DNA of 64,000 nt, taken from contig JBAYLH010000006.1 of assembly GCA_041664165.1 (NCBI GenBank), positions 143 to 64,142 on the forward strand. The letters run 5' to 3'. This DNA is from Candidatus Buchananbacteria bacterium. GTDB taxonomy: Bacteria; Patescibacteriota; Patescibacteriia; Buchananbacterales; UBA6539. Made by a program: the position numbers and the translations under genes. Within the stretch, counting starts at the first letter, position 1. Every line of letters starts with the position of its first letter. Below the pieces are notes generated by a model that made no database searches, was not told the DNA's origin, and saw only the letters and a program-made list of their open reading frames with translations. Below, piece after piece: positions 17,659 to 26,591 of this stretch.

Positions 17659-19179
17659 TTAAAGATACTTTTTGATGTAATTTAAGCCCTGGTCTTTAGT
17701 TTTGATTTTGCCGCGCAGCTGGGCTTCGCGCAAAATTGCCAGGTATTTGCCGATCTTCGGACTGGAGACAAGCTTAAATTTTTTTATTAAATCGTGGCCG
17801 TTGACCAAAGGTTTGGGCAACTCTTTTTTATTTAAGCTGGTTTTGCCCAGTTTTTTGATGTGCTTTTGTAATTTTTGGTAGCTAGAAAAATCCGGCCGGC
17901 CGGAAGGCGGAACCGTCGCCAAGATGTCGGCAAAAATCAGCATCAATAGCTCGCGGCCGGGAAAATCAGGGTTAAAAAAATATTTTTCAATGGTGGTATC
18001 TTTCATCTCGGCCGATTTGGTATGGGTCGGCAGCATGTGTTTACTGATAATTTTAGAAATTAAGTCAATGTCTAAACCGGCCGAAGCCAATTTCAGCCGG
18101 TCGGCGATTTGACAGAATTTTTGGGCGGAAACATTATCGTGATTATTAAACCTCAGCCGGTCGGCCCGGATAATGGTGTCAGGTTTGCCGATGTCGTGGA
18201 AAAGCAAACCCCATTTAATTTCCGCCGGAACTAAAACCTCGCCGAATTCTTTTTTGAACTTTTTAGCTTTTAAATTGTTTAAAGCTAAAACCGTGTGCCG
18301 CCAGCAGTCGCCTTCCGAATGGAAATTTTTCGGCTGGGGGCATTTTTTCATTTTCAGCAATTCCGGGATCAAAATTTTTATCGCGCCTGACTGATCTAAA
18401 AGTTTTAGACCTAAAACCGGATCGGCGCTGATGGTTTTGATTAATTCTTTGGCAATGACTTCGGCGGGCACGATTCTTTCGTTATCAACGATTTTATCAA
18501 TATTTTTTATGCCCTTGACGATGGCTTGCCAAGTTTTGGTTTCAATTTTAAAACCCAGCTGGGTGGCAAATCGGATGGCGCGCAGCATTCGAGAATAATC
18601 TTCCTGAAATCTTTTTTGGGGATCGCCAACGGCTCGGATAATTTTTTTATTAATGTCAGCTAGGCCGTTAAAGGGATCAATTAGTAGGCTGGTAGGCTGG
18701 TAGGCTGGTAGGTTGGTAGAGATTTTGTAGGCCATGGCGTTGATGGTAAAATCGCGGCGGGACAAATCCGCTTCAATATTCAACTTGGCATTACTGGCAA
18801 TTTTAAAATCGTGGTAAGCGCCGGACAGGCTGGCCGAATGTTCCGTTCGGGGCAGGGCAATATCAATTTCTTCTTTTTCCCAAAGCTTCGGCCGGAATTT
18901 AAAAACCCCAAACCGTTTGCCGACTAAACTGACTTTGCCTTGAGTAGCCAAAAATTTTTCCAAAGCTGCTTTGTTGACGAGCCGGACGACAAAGTCAAAA
19001 TCATTAGTCGGCCGATTTAAAATGGCATCCCGTACGGCGCCGCCAACTAAAAAAACCTCAGCTGGCGGAAATTTTTTAGCAAGCTGATTGATGAAGGGTT
19101 TAATTTGTTCGCCTACGCTTTTTGATAAGCTTAGGGCTTGGGTCGGTAAATTTTTTTGAAGATTTTGCTTATTTTCCAT
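17659..19179 (-). CDS. cca: CCA tRNA nucleotidyltransferase with HD domain
   Basis: VGGAVRD, DFDF, DLSRRDFTINAMA, EDYSRMLRAIRF, LFHDIGKP. Confidence 0.93.
   Translation of the reverse strand: MENKQNLQKNLPTQALSLSKSVGEQIKPFINQLAKKFPPAEVFLVGGAVRDAILNRPTNDFDFVVRLVNKAALEKFLATQGKVSLVGKRFGVFKFRPKLWEKEEIDIALPRTEHSASLSGAYHDFKIASNAKLNIEADLSRRDFTINAMAYKISTNLPAYQPTSLLIDPFNGLADINKKIIRAVGDPQKRFQEDYSRMLRAIRFATQLGFKIETKTWQAIVKGIKNIDKIVDNERIVPAEVIAKELIKTISADPVLGLKLLDQSGAIKILIPELLKMKKCPQPKNFHSEGDCWRHTVLALNNLKAKKFKKEFGEVLVPAEIKWGLLFHDIGKPDTIIRADRLRFNNHDNVSAQKFCQIADRLKLASAGLDIDLISKIISKHMLPTHTKSAEMKDTTIEKYFFNPDFPGRELLMLIFADILATVPPSGRPDFSSYQKLQKHIKKLGKTSLNKKELPKPLVNGHDLIKKFKLVSSPKIGKYLAILREAQLRGKIKTKDQGLNYIKKYL
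18682..18720. repeat. Octamer tandem repeat (TGGTAGGC) inside cca
   Basis: TAGTAGGC TGGTAGGC TGGTAGGC TGGTAGGT TGGTAGA. Confidence 0.85.
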
Positions 19180-19227
19180 AGTTTTATTGTAGCATTAAAG
19201 CCCGAAAACACAAAAATAATAAAGTCG

Positions 19228-19286
19228 CCCCTCACCCACCCCATCTCCCGAAGAACCTGCCTTGACGGTAGACAGGGAGAGGGGAA
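19228..19286. repeat. REP-like hairpin with a nested CCTGCC...ACAGG palindrome
   Basis: CCCCTCACCC...TCTCCC...GGGAGAGGGG; insert at 19256-19276. Confidence 0.6.
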
Positions 19287-19460
19287 TTAGCTCTAACCCC
19301 CTTCTATCCCTCACTTAAATTAAGGACAAGAAGGCTTTTTTTGGGCTTGGGTTGACTAAGCTATTCAAAGCTAGTAAGCTAAAGCCAATAAATAAGCTGT
19401 TTTGACAGGAGAAACAGCGTTTTACGCACGTCACAACTTATTAAGGGAAGGGGAAATCGT

Positions 19461-19592
19461 ATGTCACACGGCAGTCACAAGACAACCAAACACGGAGAAA
19501 AAGGTGATGTCCGACGGAAGTTTCACCGCGGTGGGCCTCAATGCGTTTCCAGGCGGAAGCTCAGCAAAAAGAAAAAGAATGAACAACAGTAG
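19461..19592 (+). CDS. 43-aa basic hypothetical protein (not in the ORF track)
   Basis: MSHGSHKTTKHGEKGDVRRKFHRGGPQCVSRRKLSKKKKNEQQ*; purine-rich SD AAGGGG. Confidence 0.55.
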   Translation: MSHGSHKTTKHGEKGDVRRKFHRGGPQCVSRRKLSKKKKNEQQ

Positions 19593-19611
19593 AGAGAAAG
19601 GGAAGGTAGCT

Positions 19612-19764
19612 ATGGCCAGCGCCTCAAAAAAAAGAAAAGGAATTGGAGGGTGGAAGCCGGAAAATTGCCCCGGCGGCGGTAGTGAAAAGATCAAATTCCG
19701 GACACACTTAAGGTCCGGACCGAGAAAAAAGCGGCCAAAAGGGCCACCACCAAAGAACAGATAA
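19612..19764 (+). CDS. 50-aa basic hypothetical protein
   Basis: MASASKKRKG...GPRKKRPKGPPPKNR*; SD GGAAGG; tightly spaced between the previous ORF and purM. Confidence 0.55.
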   Translation: MASASKKRKGIGGWKPENCPGGGSEKIKFRTHLRSGPRKKRPKGPPPKNR

Positions 19765-19784
19765 GAGAGGAGACAACGATAACG

Positions 19785-20966
19785 ATGAAAAAGTATACGG
19801 AAGACGGAGTTGATACCGTAGAAGGCGACAGCCTCAGTGCCTGTGCTGGTAAACTTTGTGCCAGTACTTACGGGAATTCACCTTTGATCGAGGTGTATGA
19901 TATGTCGCAGGGCAACTTTCGCGGGCCAAGGGGTTATCGTTTGGTCCAAGTACCTCCCGATTGCGTGATGACCTTGGCACCCGATGGAGTCGGTACTAAG
20001 GTCGTGGTCATCGATGCTTCGTTTGGTCATCGCAAGGCCGGGTTTGACCTAGCGGCGATGACCGGGATGGACATTACTCGCTGGGGTGGCAAACCATTGG
20101 TTTTCACTAACGTGCTGGATACTTTCACGATTGGCAAACAGGGTGACAGAACTAACGTCGCCAGTCGGGAGCTTCTTGCCGGTTTAGTTGATGCCGCCAA
20201 AGTGCTTCAAATGGTTGTGCTCAATGGCGAAACAGCGGAATTGTCCAGTTGTGTTGGTTCGGAAAACCCCGACGCGACCGTGATGTTCAATTGGGCTGGT
20301 GTGGCCTGGGGTATTTATCACCCGAAAAAGATGATTCTTGGTGACACTTTGGCACCGGGACAGAGCATCATGGCTCTGAAAGATTGGTTTCGATCCAACG
20401 GTCACAGCTCAGCGCGCAAGGCTTTGGCTATGCATTTTGGGCCAAAGTGGTGGGAGAATCCTGACGCTACGGAGACTATCGCCGCTGTGGCGACGCCATC
20501 GATGTTGTATGACCCGTTTCTTAATCACGTTCACGGCTGGGACAATCCGGATTTGTGTCCGATAATACCGATCCATCTGATCGTCCATAATTCCGGCGGA
20601 GCCATCGAGGACAAATTCGCCAAAGATTTGTTATTTCCGGCGGGACTTTCAGCGGAACTCGACGACTTGTTCGATCCACCGCAGGCAATGAAAGATATTG
20701 TTACCTGGCGGGGGATGACTGATTTGGACTGGTTAGGTACCTTCAATGGTGGCCAAGGTGCTTTAGTTGTGGTTGATCCGGAAAATGAAGGTCAGTTTAT
20801 TGATTTGGCCGAGAGCTACGGAGTCACTGCCAGGCGTTGTGGTCGGATTATAGAGACTGCTGCCAGCGAAATGCCGCAGGTGTGCGTCCTTTCTAAGTTC
20901 ACTGGTGAATGGGTTACACTGAAATCGAAACCTAAACAAGCGACTACTGACGGAGGGTTAAGGTGA
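19785..20966 (+). CDS. purM: Phosphoribosylformylglycinamidine cyclo-ligase (divergent)
   Basis: YTEDGVD, DGVGTK, NGETAEL, RSNGHS, HNSGG, TFNGGQG. Confidence 0.88.
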   Translation: MKKYTEDGVDTVEGDSLSACAGKLCASTYGNSPLIEVYDMSQGNFRGPRGYRLVQVPPDCVMTLAPDGVGTKVVVIDASFGHRKAGFDLAAMTGMDITRWGGKPLVFTNVLDTFTIGKQGDRTNVASRELLAGLVDAAKVLQMVVLNGETAELSSCVGSENPDATVMFNWAGVAWGIYHPKKMILGDTLAPGQSIMALKDWFRSNGHSSARKALAMHFGPKWWENPDATETIAAVATPSMLYDPFLNHVHGWDNPDLCPIIPIHLIVHNSGGAIEDKFAKDLLFPAGLSAELDDLFDPPQAMKDIVTWRGMTDLDWLGTFNGGQGALVVVDPENEGQFIDLAESYGVTARRCGRIIETAASEMPQVCVLSKFTGEWVTLKSKPKQATTDGGLR

Positions 20967-21706
20967 TGAATGATACAATCCGCTTTGCCATAGTTGCTTC
21001 CGGCGGCGGCACTGGTGCCAATGCGGTGATGACCGCTTACCGTAAAAAACAGTTGCTGCCGGAGTGCGAGATTGTTGAATTACTAGTTACCAAGGCTGGT
21101 GCTGACTGTTTGAAAAAGGCAGAGGCACATTAAATTCACACGACGGTTATTGCCCGCCATGGAAATTTCTGGGATGAACATCTCAAAATCGACCGGCCAA
21201 TGATGCAGAATGATTTTGAAATAGCAGTCAGCTATTGGCTTGCGGTTAATGAAATCCGGCTCGTCTTTTTGCTGGGATGTATTCACCGGATGCCTGCCGA
21301 TTGTATCGGCAAGGATGGCCGGTCGATAGTAATGTATAACATCCACCCAGCCGATCCGCTTGCCCACGGCGGCCAAGGAATGTACGGTTTAGCGCCACAC
21401 AGGCACGTTTTGGCCGAAATTCTTGACCAAATTACCCGAGAGCAGAAAGGGATAGAAGAAGAGTTTTTCACCTGGCCAACTGTTCATGAAGTGACTGCGG
21501 AATATGACCAAGGGTCGCCGTTGTTGACTCACGCCGTGAGAATATCAACGGCTATCATTGAAAAGGCGCAGGAACTGCAGCGCGCCGGCCAACCTTTGGA
21601 CGAAGCAGCCAAGATGTTGCAAGCTTTGGTGCTGCCCTGCGAGCACTTGTTGCTCCCGGCAGCAGTCAATTTAGCCTGCCAACGGATTTTGGTTGCTAAG
21701 GGCTAA
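20966..21706 (+). pseudogene. purN: Phosphoribosylglycinamide formyltransferase with an in-frame TAA at codon 56
   Basis: ATG overlaps the purM stop; FAIVASGGGT, then TAA at 21131-21133; the same frame continues to NIHP, HGGQGMYG, TVHEVTAEYDQG. Confidence 0.85.
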
Positions 21707-21766
21707 GTGAGTTGTACCTTGTAGTTATTACCGCGTTTTCTTGGTTTCGTACCGAGGATTCGCGGT

Positions 21767-21932
21767 CTCCCGACGTTTGCTTCGCGAAAATCGGGATCCC
21801 GACTCGCTGCTTCGCGGTGACGTCGGGATTTTTTTTATTATAAAATACTAATCTACGAATATCCCGATGTTTAGCTTCGCTAAAATCGGGATCCCGACTT
21901 CTTTATTATTAATAATATAATGTACGTCGGGA
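21767..21932. repeat. Two copies of a TCCCGA...ATCGGGATCCCGAC...GTCGGGA double-hairpin element
   Basis: Copies near 21767-21828 and 21862-21932; same family at 14189-14256 and 47443-47623. Confidence 0.75.
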
Positions 21933-22119
21933 CATCCGAATGCTGGTATCCGCGCCAGCCGGACATTACTTTTTCAAATTGAATATTCGCGAGTTTTGGT
22001 GAGGGGTTAAACTTGGCAAGAATAATATTACGCCCAGCCGAATGCCGGTATCGGTAGTTTGACTAAACTATTAAAAATCATTAAGATTAAGCAAGTTTAG
22101 AAGCGTTGTTCTACTAAAT

Positions 22120-22203
22120 AGTCTGCCTTTGTCCCAATAAATTGGGACTACGGCGAGACAAGTCCGCCTTCAGTCGCCTTTGGCGACTTTCGGCGAGACA
22201 AGG
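22120..22203. repeat. Tandem GTCYGCCTT...CGGCGAGACAAG palindromic repeats
   Basis: Two units ending CGGCGAGACAAG; related to 62615-62674. Confidence 0.6.
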
Positions 22204-22388
22204 AGGGACAGCGTTTTTGGTACGTTTACAATCCGTGTTTCCATTCGCCCAAAGTGAGGGCGGATGTTGAGAATAGATGAAGAAGGATGGGAAACTGTCT
22301 TGAGGAAAGGTTGGGTAGAGTATGGTAGTAAAGGAAATATCTTTTTGGGATGGGCTAGGTGTATTTGGTGCGGAAAGGAGAGTGTCAC

Positions 22389-25271
22389 ATGGTTTCATCG
22401 GTCTATAAGACTAGGACCGGACTTGATCCGGCTGCCGCGCAGTTGTTTAGGCGACTGCATCAGAATGGTTATACCAAGGTAACCGCAGTTAGACTTGAAC
22501 GAGTACTCCGGGTCGAAGGTGTTGATCCTGAACAAGTCGATAAGTTAATGCCACTTTTTTTCCATCCAGTTTTGGAGGAGATAAGTGGTGCTTCTCTGCT
22601 TGATGAAGCAATGGGGCCGATAGTTGAAGTCTGCTATCAGCGCGGTGTTACCGATCCGGAACTCAAGTCAACCAGGCATGCCGCCCAAGCTTTGGGCGTC
22701 GACAATCTGGAATGGGCGCGTTTGGCAACCCGCTATCAATTCTTTGGCGTGGATGGTCAAACTGCCCGTGAGATTGGTAAACGTTTTCTCTATAACGATC
22801 AAGTGGAAACCGTTATCGAACCCGGAGAAATTTGGGAAACACTTAAGCCGCAGGGAAAATCTGTCGGCGTAGAGTATCTCGATATAGCCAATATGGACAT
22901 CGAGGCGATGAGAACTTTGTCGTCCAAGCGCCGTTTGTTTATGGATGATGCCCAACTTCTCGCCGTTCGACTCTTCTTTGCTGAAACCGAACCACACTTG
23001 ATGCGCGATGGCGAACTGGAAATGACGGCAGCGGCCTGGGGTGATCACTGCAACCACACGGCGATGAAATCACTTGGTTTGCTACAAAGGATTCAGCAAG
23101 CCACGGCGCGGATTAACCATCCGCTGCTAATTTCGGCTTTTGTTGACAACTCTGGCGTGATGGAATTCTTCCTCGGCCAAGCCATCAATTTCAAGGGTGA
23201 AACCCACATCTCGCCTTCGTCACTAGCTACCTATGGTGGAATCATGACCAAGCACGGTGGAGTAATTCGTGATATCCAGTTTACCGGTCAAGGTGCTTGG
23301 CCGATTGCTGGGACAACGATTATGGGCATTTGTGATCCCAGGATTGCCTGGGTCGATGTTCCTAAAGGTGCACTTCATCCGCTGGTGATTTTGTTGGAAT
23401 CTATTCGGGGTACCAAGGACTACTGTAATCCGATGGGGATTCCAATGGCTTGGTCGCAATACCTAGTTCATCCCGGGAACGTTAAGTGTCTTGCCCTTGG
23501 TCATTCAATTGGAATTATGCCGGCAGATCGGGCGCAAAAGGGTGAACCACAACCCGATGATCTCGTCGTTTTGATCGGCGGGGATACTGGTAATGACGGG
23601 ATGCACGGAGCCACGGTTAGCAGTGCCGGATTGACTCATGAAAGCGCGGCAGTTGACGGCACCCACGTTCAGATCGGTATGCCAATTGAAGAGCGGGTGT
23701 TTATGGAAGCCATTCCGGTTCTTCGTGATGCCAACTGTATTCGCGCTTGTACTGATTGCGGTGCGGCTGGTTTGTCTTCGGCCGTGGGTGAGATGGGCAG
23801 CAAGACCGGGGTGTTTGTAAACCTGGCTTTTGTGCCACTCAAAACCCGAGGGTTGAAGCGTTGGGAAATCTGGCTTTCGGAAAGCCAGGAACGCGGCGTG
23901 CTGGCTATTCCGCCAGATAAACTTGAGTTAGCGTTGCAGATTTTGCGCGACTACGGTGTTCCAGTAACTGTCATCGGCGTGTTTACCGACACTAAACGTT
24001 GTCAGGTTATCTATGACGAAAGTCAAAACTACGGTACTTGGTTAACCAATCGGACTACTAGCTTGGCCGGCGAAGTCGTTGTTGATTTGCCCTACGGTTT
24101 TCTGTCGCAGGAATGCCCGTTACCCAAAATTGAAGTGAGAGAACCCAAAGAGAAGCCGGAGGCATTTCGGCCGTCGGTGCCAGCTAATGAGCCAGCCTGG
24201 GTCGGTTTGGTTCAAAAACACTTAGGCCAGTTCAATATTTCGGATCAGTCAGGCGCCGCGCATCAATTTGATCAGACGGTTCAGGGTGCAACTCGGTTGG
24301 CGTATATGGGAGGATATGATGAACGGATGCCTGACGAGCTCATGGCTACTACGCCGATTTTGGGTGAATCTTATACAGTTGGTCTGGCTAATGCCTGTAA
24401 TCAATTCTATGGTGATGTTGACCCGGCCGGTCAAGGTCGGTTGGTGATGGCTCAGGCGATGACGAGGCTGGTGGCAGCCGGTTTTTCGTCTGACGACATT
24501 GTCTGTAACGTCAACCTTTACACCTCACGAGTCGTTGGTTTTCCCGAGAATGCCTGGCGGTTGAAGCAATTGGTCGAGTATGGCTACGCTCCGGCGTCGG
24601 AAGAACTCGGCATGCCAGTGGGTTCTGGTAAGGACAGTTGTAGCGGCACTTTTGCCACTGCCGATGGTCGCCACATTCACGCGCCATTGACTCTAGATGT
24701 CTTGGCCGTGGGTCGGATGCCGGACTACAGACGACTGATTCCTAAGGCCTTCTCGCAGCCTGGTGACAAGCTGGTGCTGTTTCATCAAGGTCTGAAGGAA
24801 ATCAATCTCGGTGGATCAGTGTTTCTAGATTTGTTTGACCATCGTCGTGGCGACAAGTTACCGGTCTTGGATCTCAAAGACCTGCGTCGTGGACTCATTA
24901 ACTACCATCAGATGCTAATGAGTCTTAATTGGTCGGCGGGTGTTCACTCGCGATCGGTTGTGGCCGAAGGCGGATTGATTCGGCGGTTGTTTGAGATGTG
25001 TTACGGCGGCGATTTAGGCTGCAAAATCGACCTGCCCGAAAGTTGTGATGGCGTTTTGGAGTGGCTGTTTGGTGAACCCAATAGTGCGATTCTTTTGGCC
25101 GTTCCAGAAGTTGATCCGTTGCTGAATTCGCTAAGCGAATGCACCGTTCTTGGAGAAGTCACGGCCGAACCGACAATGGCCGTTTCTTATCACAGAGAGC
25201 CGCTTTTCTCCGAAACGATAGCGACTTTGGCAACTAACTGGGCGAAGACCTTTACGGAGGTGGTCATATGA
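22389..25271 (+). CDS. purL: Phosphoribosylformylglycinamidine synthase subunit PurL with a PurS-like N-terminal extension
   Basis: SD AAAGGAG; WGDHCNH, DNSGV, KGETH, GGVIRD, DGMHGAT, DCGAAGLSSA, SESQER, GKDS. Confidence 0.92.
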   Translation: MVSSVYKTRTGLDPAAAQLFRRLHQNGYTKVTAVRLERVLRVEGVDPEQVDKLMPLFFHPVLEEISGASLLDEAMGPIVEVCYQRGVTDPELKSTRHAAQALGVDNLEWARLATRYQFFGVDGQTAREIGKRFLYNDQVETVIEPGEIWETLKPQGKSVGVEYLDIANMDIEAMRTLSSKRRLFMDDAQLLAVRLFFAETEPHLMRDGELEMTAAAWGDHCNHTAMKSLGLLQRIQQATARINHPLLISAFVDNSGVMEFFLGQAINFKGETHISPSSLATYGGIMTKHGGVIRDIQFTGQGAWPIAGTTIMGICDPRIAWVDVPKGALHPLVILLESIRGTKDYCNPMGIPMAWSQYLVHPGNVKCLALGHSIGIMPADRAQKGEPQPDDLVVLIGGDTGNDGMHGATVSSAGLTHESAAVDGTHVQIGMPIEERVFMEAIPVLRDANCIRACTDCGAAGLSSAVGEMGSKTGVFVNLAFVPLKTRGLKRWEIWLSESQERGVLAIPPDKLELALQILRDYGVPVTVIGVFTDTKRCQVIYDESQNYGTWLTNRTTSLAGEVVVDLPYGFLSQECPLPKIEVREPKEKPEAFRPSVPANEPAWVGLVQKHLGQFNISDQSGAAHQFDQTVQGATRLAYMGGYDERMPDELMATTPILGESYTVGLANACNQFYGDVDPAGQGRLVMAQAMTRLVAAGFSSDDIVCNVNLYTSRVVGFPENAWRLKQLVEYGYAPASEELGMPVGSGKDSCSGTFATADGRHIHAPLTLDVLAVGRMPDYRRLIPKAFSQPGDKLVLFHQGLKEINLGGSVFLDLFDHRRGDKLPVLDLKDLRRGLINYHQMLMSLNWSAGVHSRSVVAEGGLIRRLFEMCYGGDLGCKIDLPESCDGVLEWLFGEPNSAILLAVPEVDPLLNSLSECTVLGEVTAEPTMAVSYHREPLFSETIATLATNWAKTFTEVVI

Positions 25272-25990
25272 GTGAAAGAGTGAGAGTTTTAATACCGTAT
25301 TTTCCGGGTGTTAATTGCCACCGAGAAACAATGTACGCTTTCAGGAGCGTTGGAGCTGAACCGAGACTAGGATTACTTTCGGCCTTAATGGATGGAACCT
25401 GTCGTCTCGATGACTGCGATATCCTCGCTTTAGCCGGCGGCTTTGCTTTCGGTGATGATCACGCCGCCGGTCGGGTGATGGCTATTGACTTGACACGACG
25501 CTTCGGTGATCAATTGAGGCGAGTTGTCGAAAAACATATTCCGGTTATCGGGATCTGCAATGGCTTTCAAGCCCAAATGGAAACAGGGCTATTGCCTGGC
25601 GATGGCGAAATTGGTCAACCGACTGCGGTTTTGGATCATAACGTCACGGCTAGGTTTGAGCACTGGCGGTTTACGCCAGTTGTTTTGCACGATCCGGTTG
25701 ACGTTGGCTGCGTTTGGACCAAAGGCCTAGATGGAGCCAAGATTCGTCTGCCGTCCGCACATGGACAAGGATTTCCGGTGCTACCTAATGGCCCGGACTC
25801 GTATCACGTCATGGCGACATACGGTGCCTATGAAGGCGATAGTACCTACATCGGCGTTGGTGGCTCTAGCCCCAATGGCAGTAAAATTGCCGGACTTTGT
25901 ACCAAGTACTGCGCCGGTTTGATGCCTCATCCCGAACGGTCTGAGGATGGTCTAGTCATCTTCGAGGCAGGGGTTAATTCTGTTCGTTGA
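25268..25990 (+). CDS. purQ: Phosphoribosylformylglycinamidine synthase glutaminase subunit
   Basis: PGVNC, GGFAFGD, GICNGFQ, AHGQG, MPHPER (Cys-His-Glu triad). Confidence 0.93.
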   Translation: MSERVRVLIPYFPGVNCHRETMYAFRSVGAEPRLGLLSALMDGTCRLDDCDILALAGGFAFGDDHAAGRVMAIDLTRRFGDQLRRVVEKHIPVIGICNGFQAQMETGLLPGDGEIGQPTAVLDHNVTARFEHWRFTPVVLHDPVDVGCVWTKGLDGAKIRLPSAHGQGFPVLPNGPDSYHVMATYGAYEGDSTYIGVGGSSPNGSKIAGLCTKYCAGLMPHPERSEDGLVIFEAGVNSVR

Positions 25991-26261
25991 TTTGTCCTAC
26001 CGCGTGGCTTTCCTTTGGGAGAGCCCGCGGTCTTTTTTTAGTATTTGTCTGCGAGGGCAAGCCGATAGGTGCTGCCCGAGCAGTTACAAATACTAAGTTT
26101 TGGTGCGGGGTTAAACTTGGTAAGAATAATATTACCCATACATCCAAAACTACCAATAATAGGTAAACAAAAAATCACTCCGGTTTTTCGGAGAGATTCT
26201 AAATCTTGTCAAAATAAGTTAATAAATATATAATAGGAAAGTTTAAAAGAGTTGTTGGCCA

Positions 26262-26338
26262 GCCCATGTAGCTCAGTTGGTTAGAGCGCCACCCTTATAA
26301 GGTGGATGTCCCTGGTTCAAGTCCAGGCATGGGCACCA
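26262..26338 (+). tRNA. tRNA-Ile(TAT)
   Basis: GCCCATG/CATGGGC acceptor, anticodon arm CCACC-CTTATAA-GGTGG, discriminator A, CCA. Confidence 0.93.
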
Positions 26339-26403
26339 TATAAAATTGAATAGTTGACAATTGGCGGATTATCGCTTATTCTAAAAAAGTTAACATTTAT
26401 TAA

Positions 26404-26480
26404 GGGCGTATAGCTCAGTTGGTTAGAGCGTTACGTTGACATCGTAAAGGTCCGTGGTTCGAGTCCACGTACGCCCACCA
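26404..26480 (+). tRNA. tRNA-Val(GAC)
   Basis: GGGCGTA/TACGCCC acceptor, anticodon GAC, CCA. Confidence 0.97.
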
Positions 26481-26591
26481 AAAAATCTCTGTGAAAATTC
26501 AGGGATTTTTTGTTTTAAAAAATCTGAACGCGGGGTTCAGCATCTTCATCTTTGTTGGGATTTTTAGCCATGCTAGAAATTGGCCGGGTTT

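Noticed and set aside
19402-19764. 120-aa ORF from TTG 19402
   Set aside because: No SD; better explained by two SD-led small ORFs
21131-21133. Stop-codon reassignment or selenocysteine
   Set aside because: The codon is TAA, and TAA, TGA and TAG all end genes normally here
22264-22482. 72-aa ORF overlapping the purL start
   Set aside because: Out-of-frame overlap of about 90 nt and no recognisable family; a uORF role cannot be excluded
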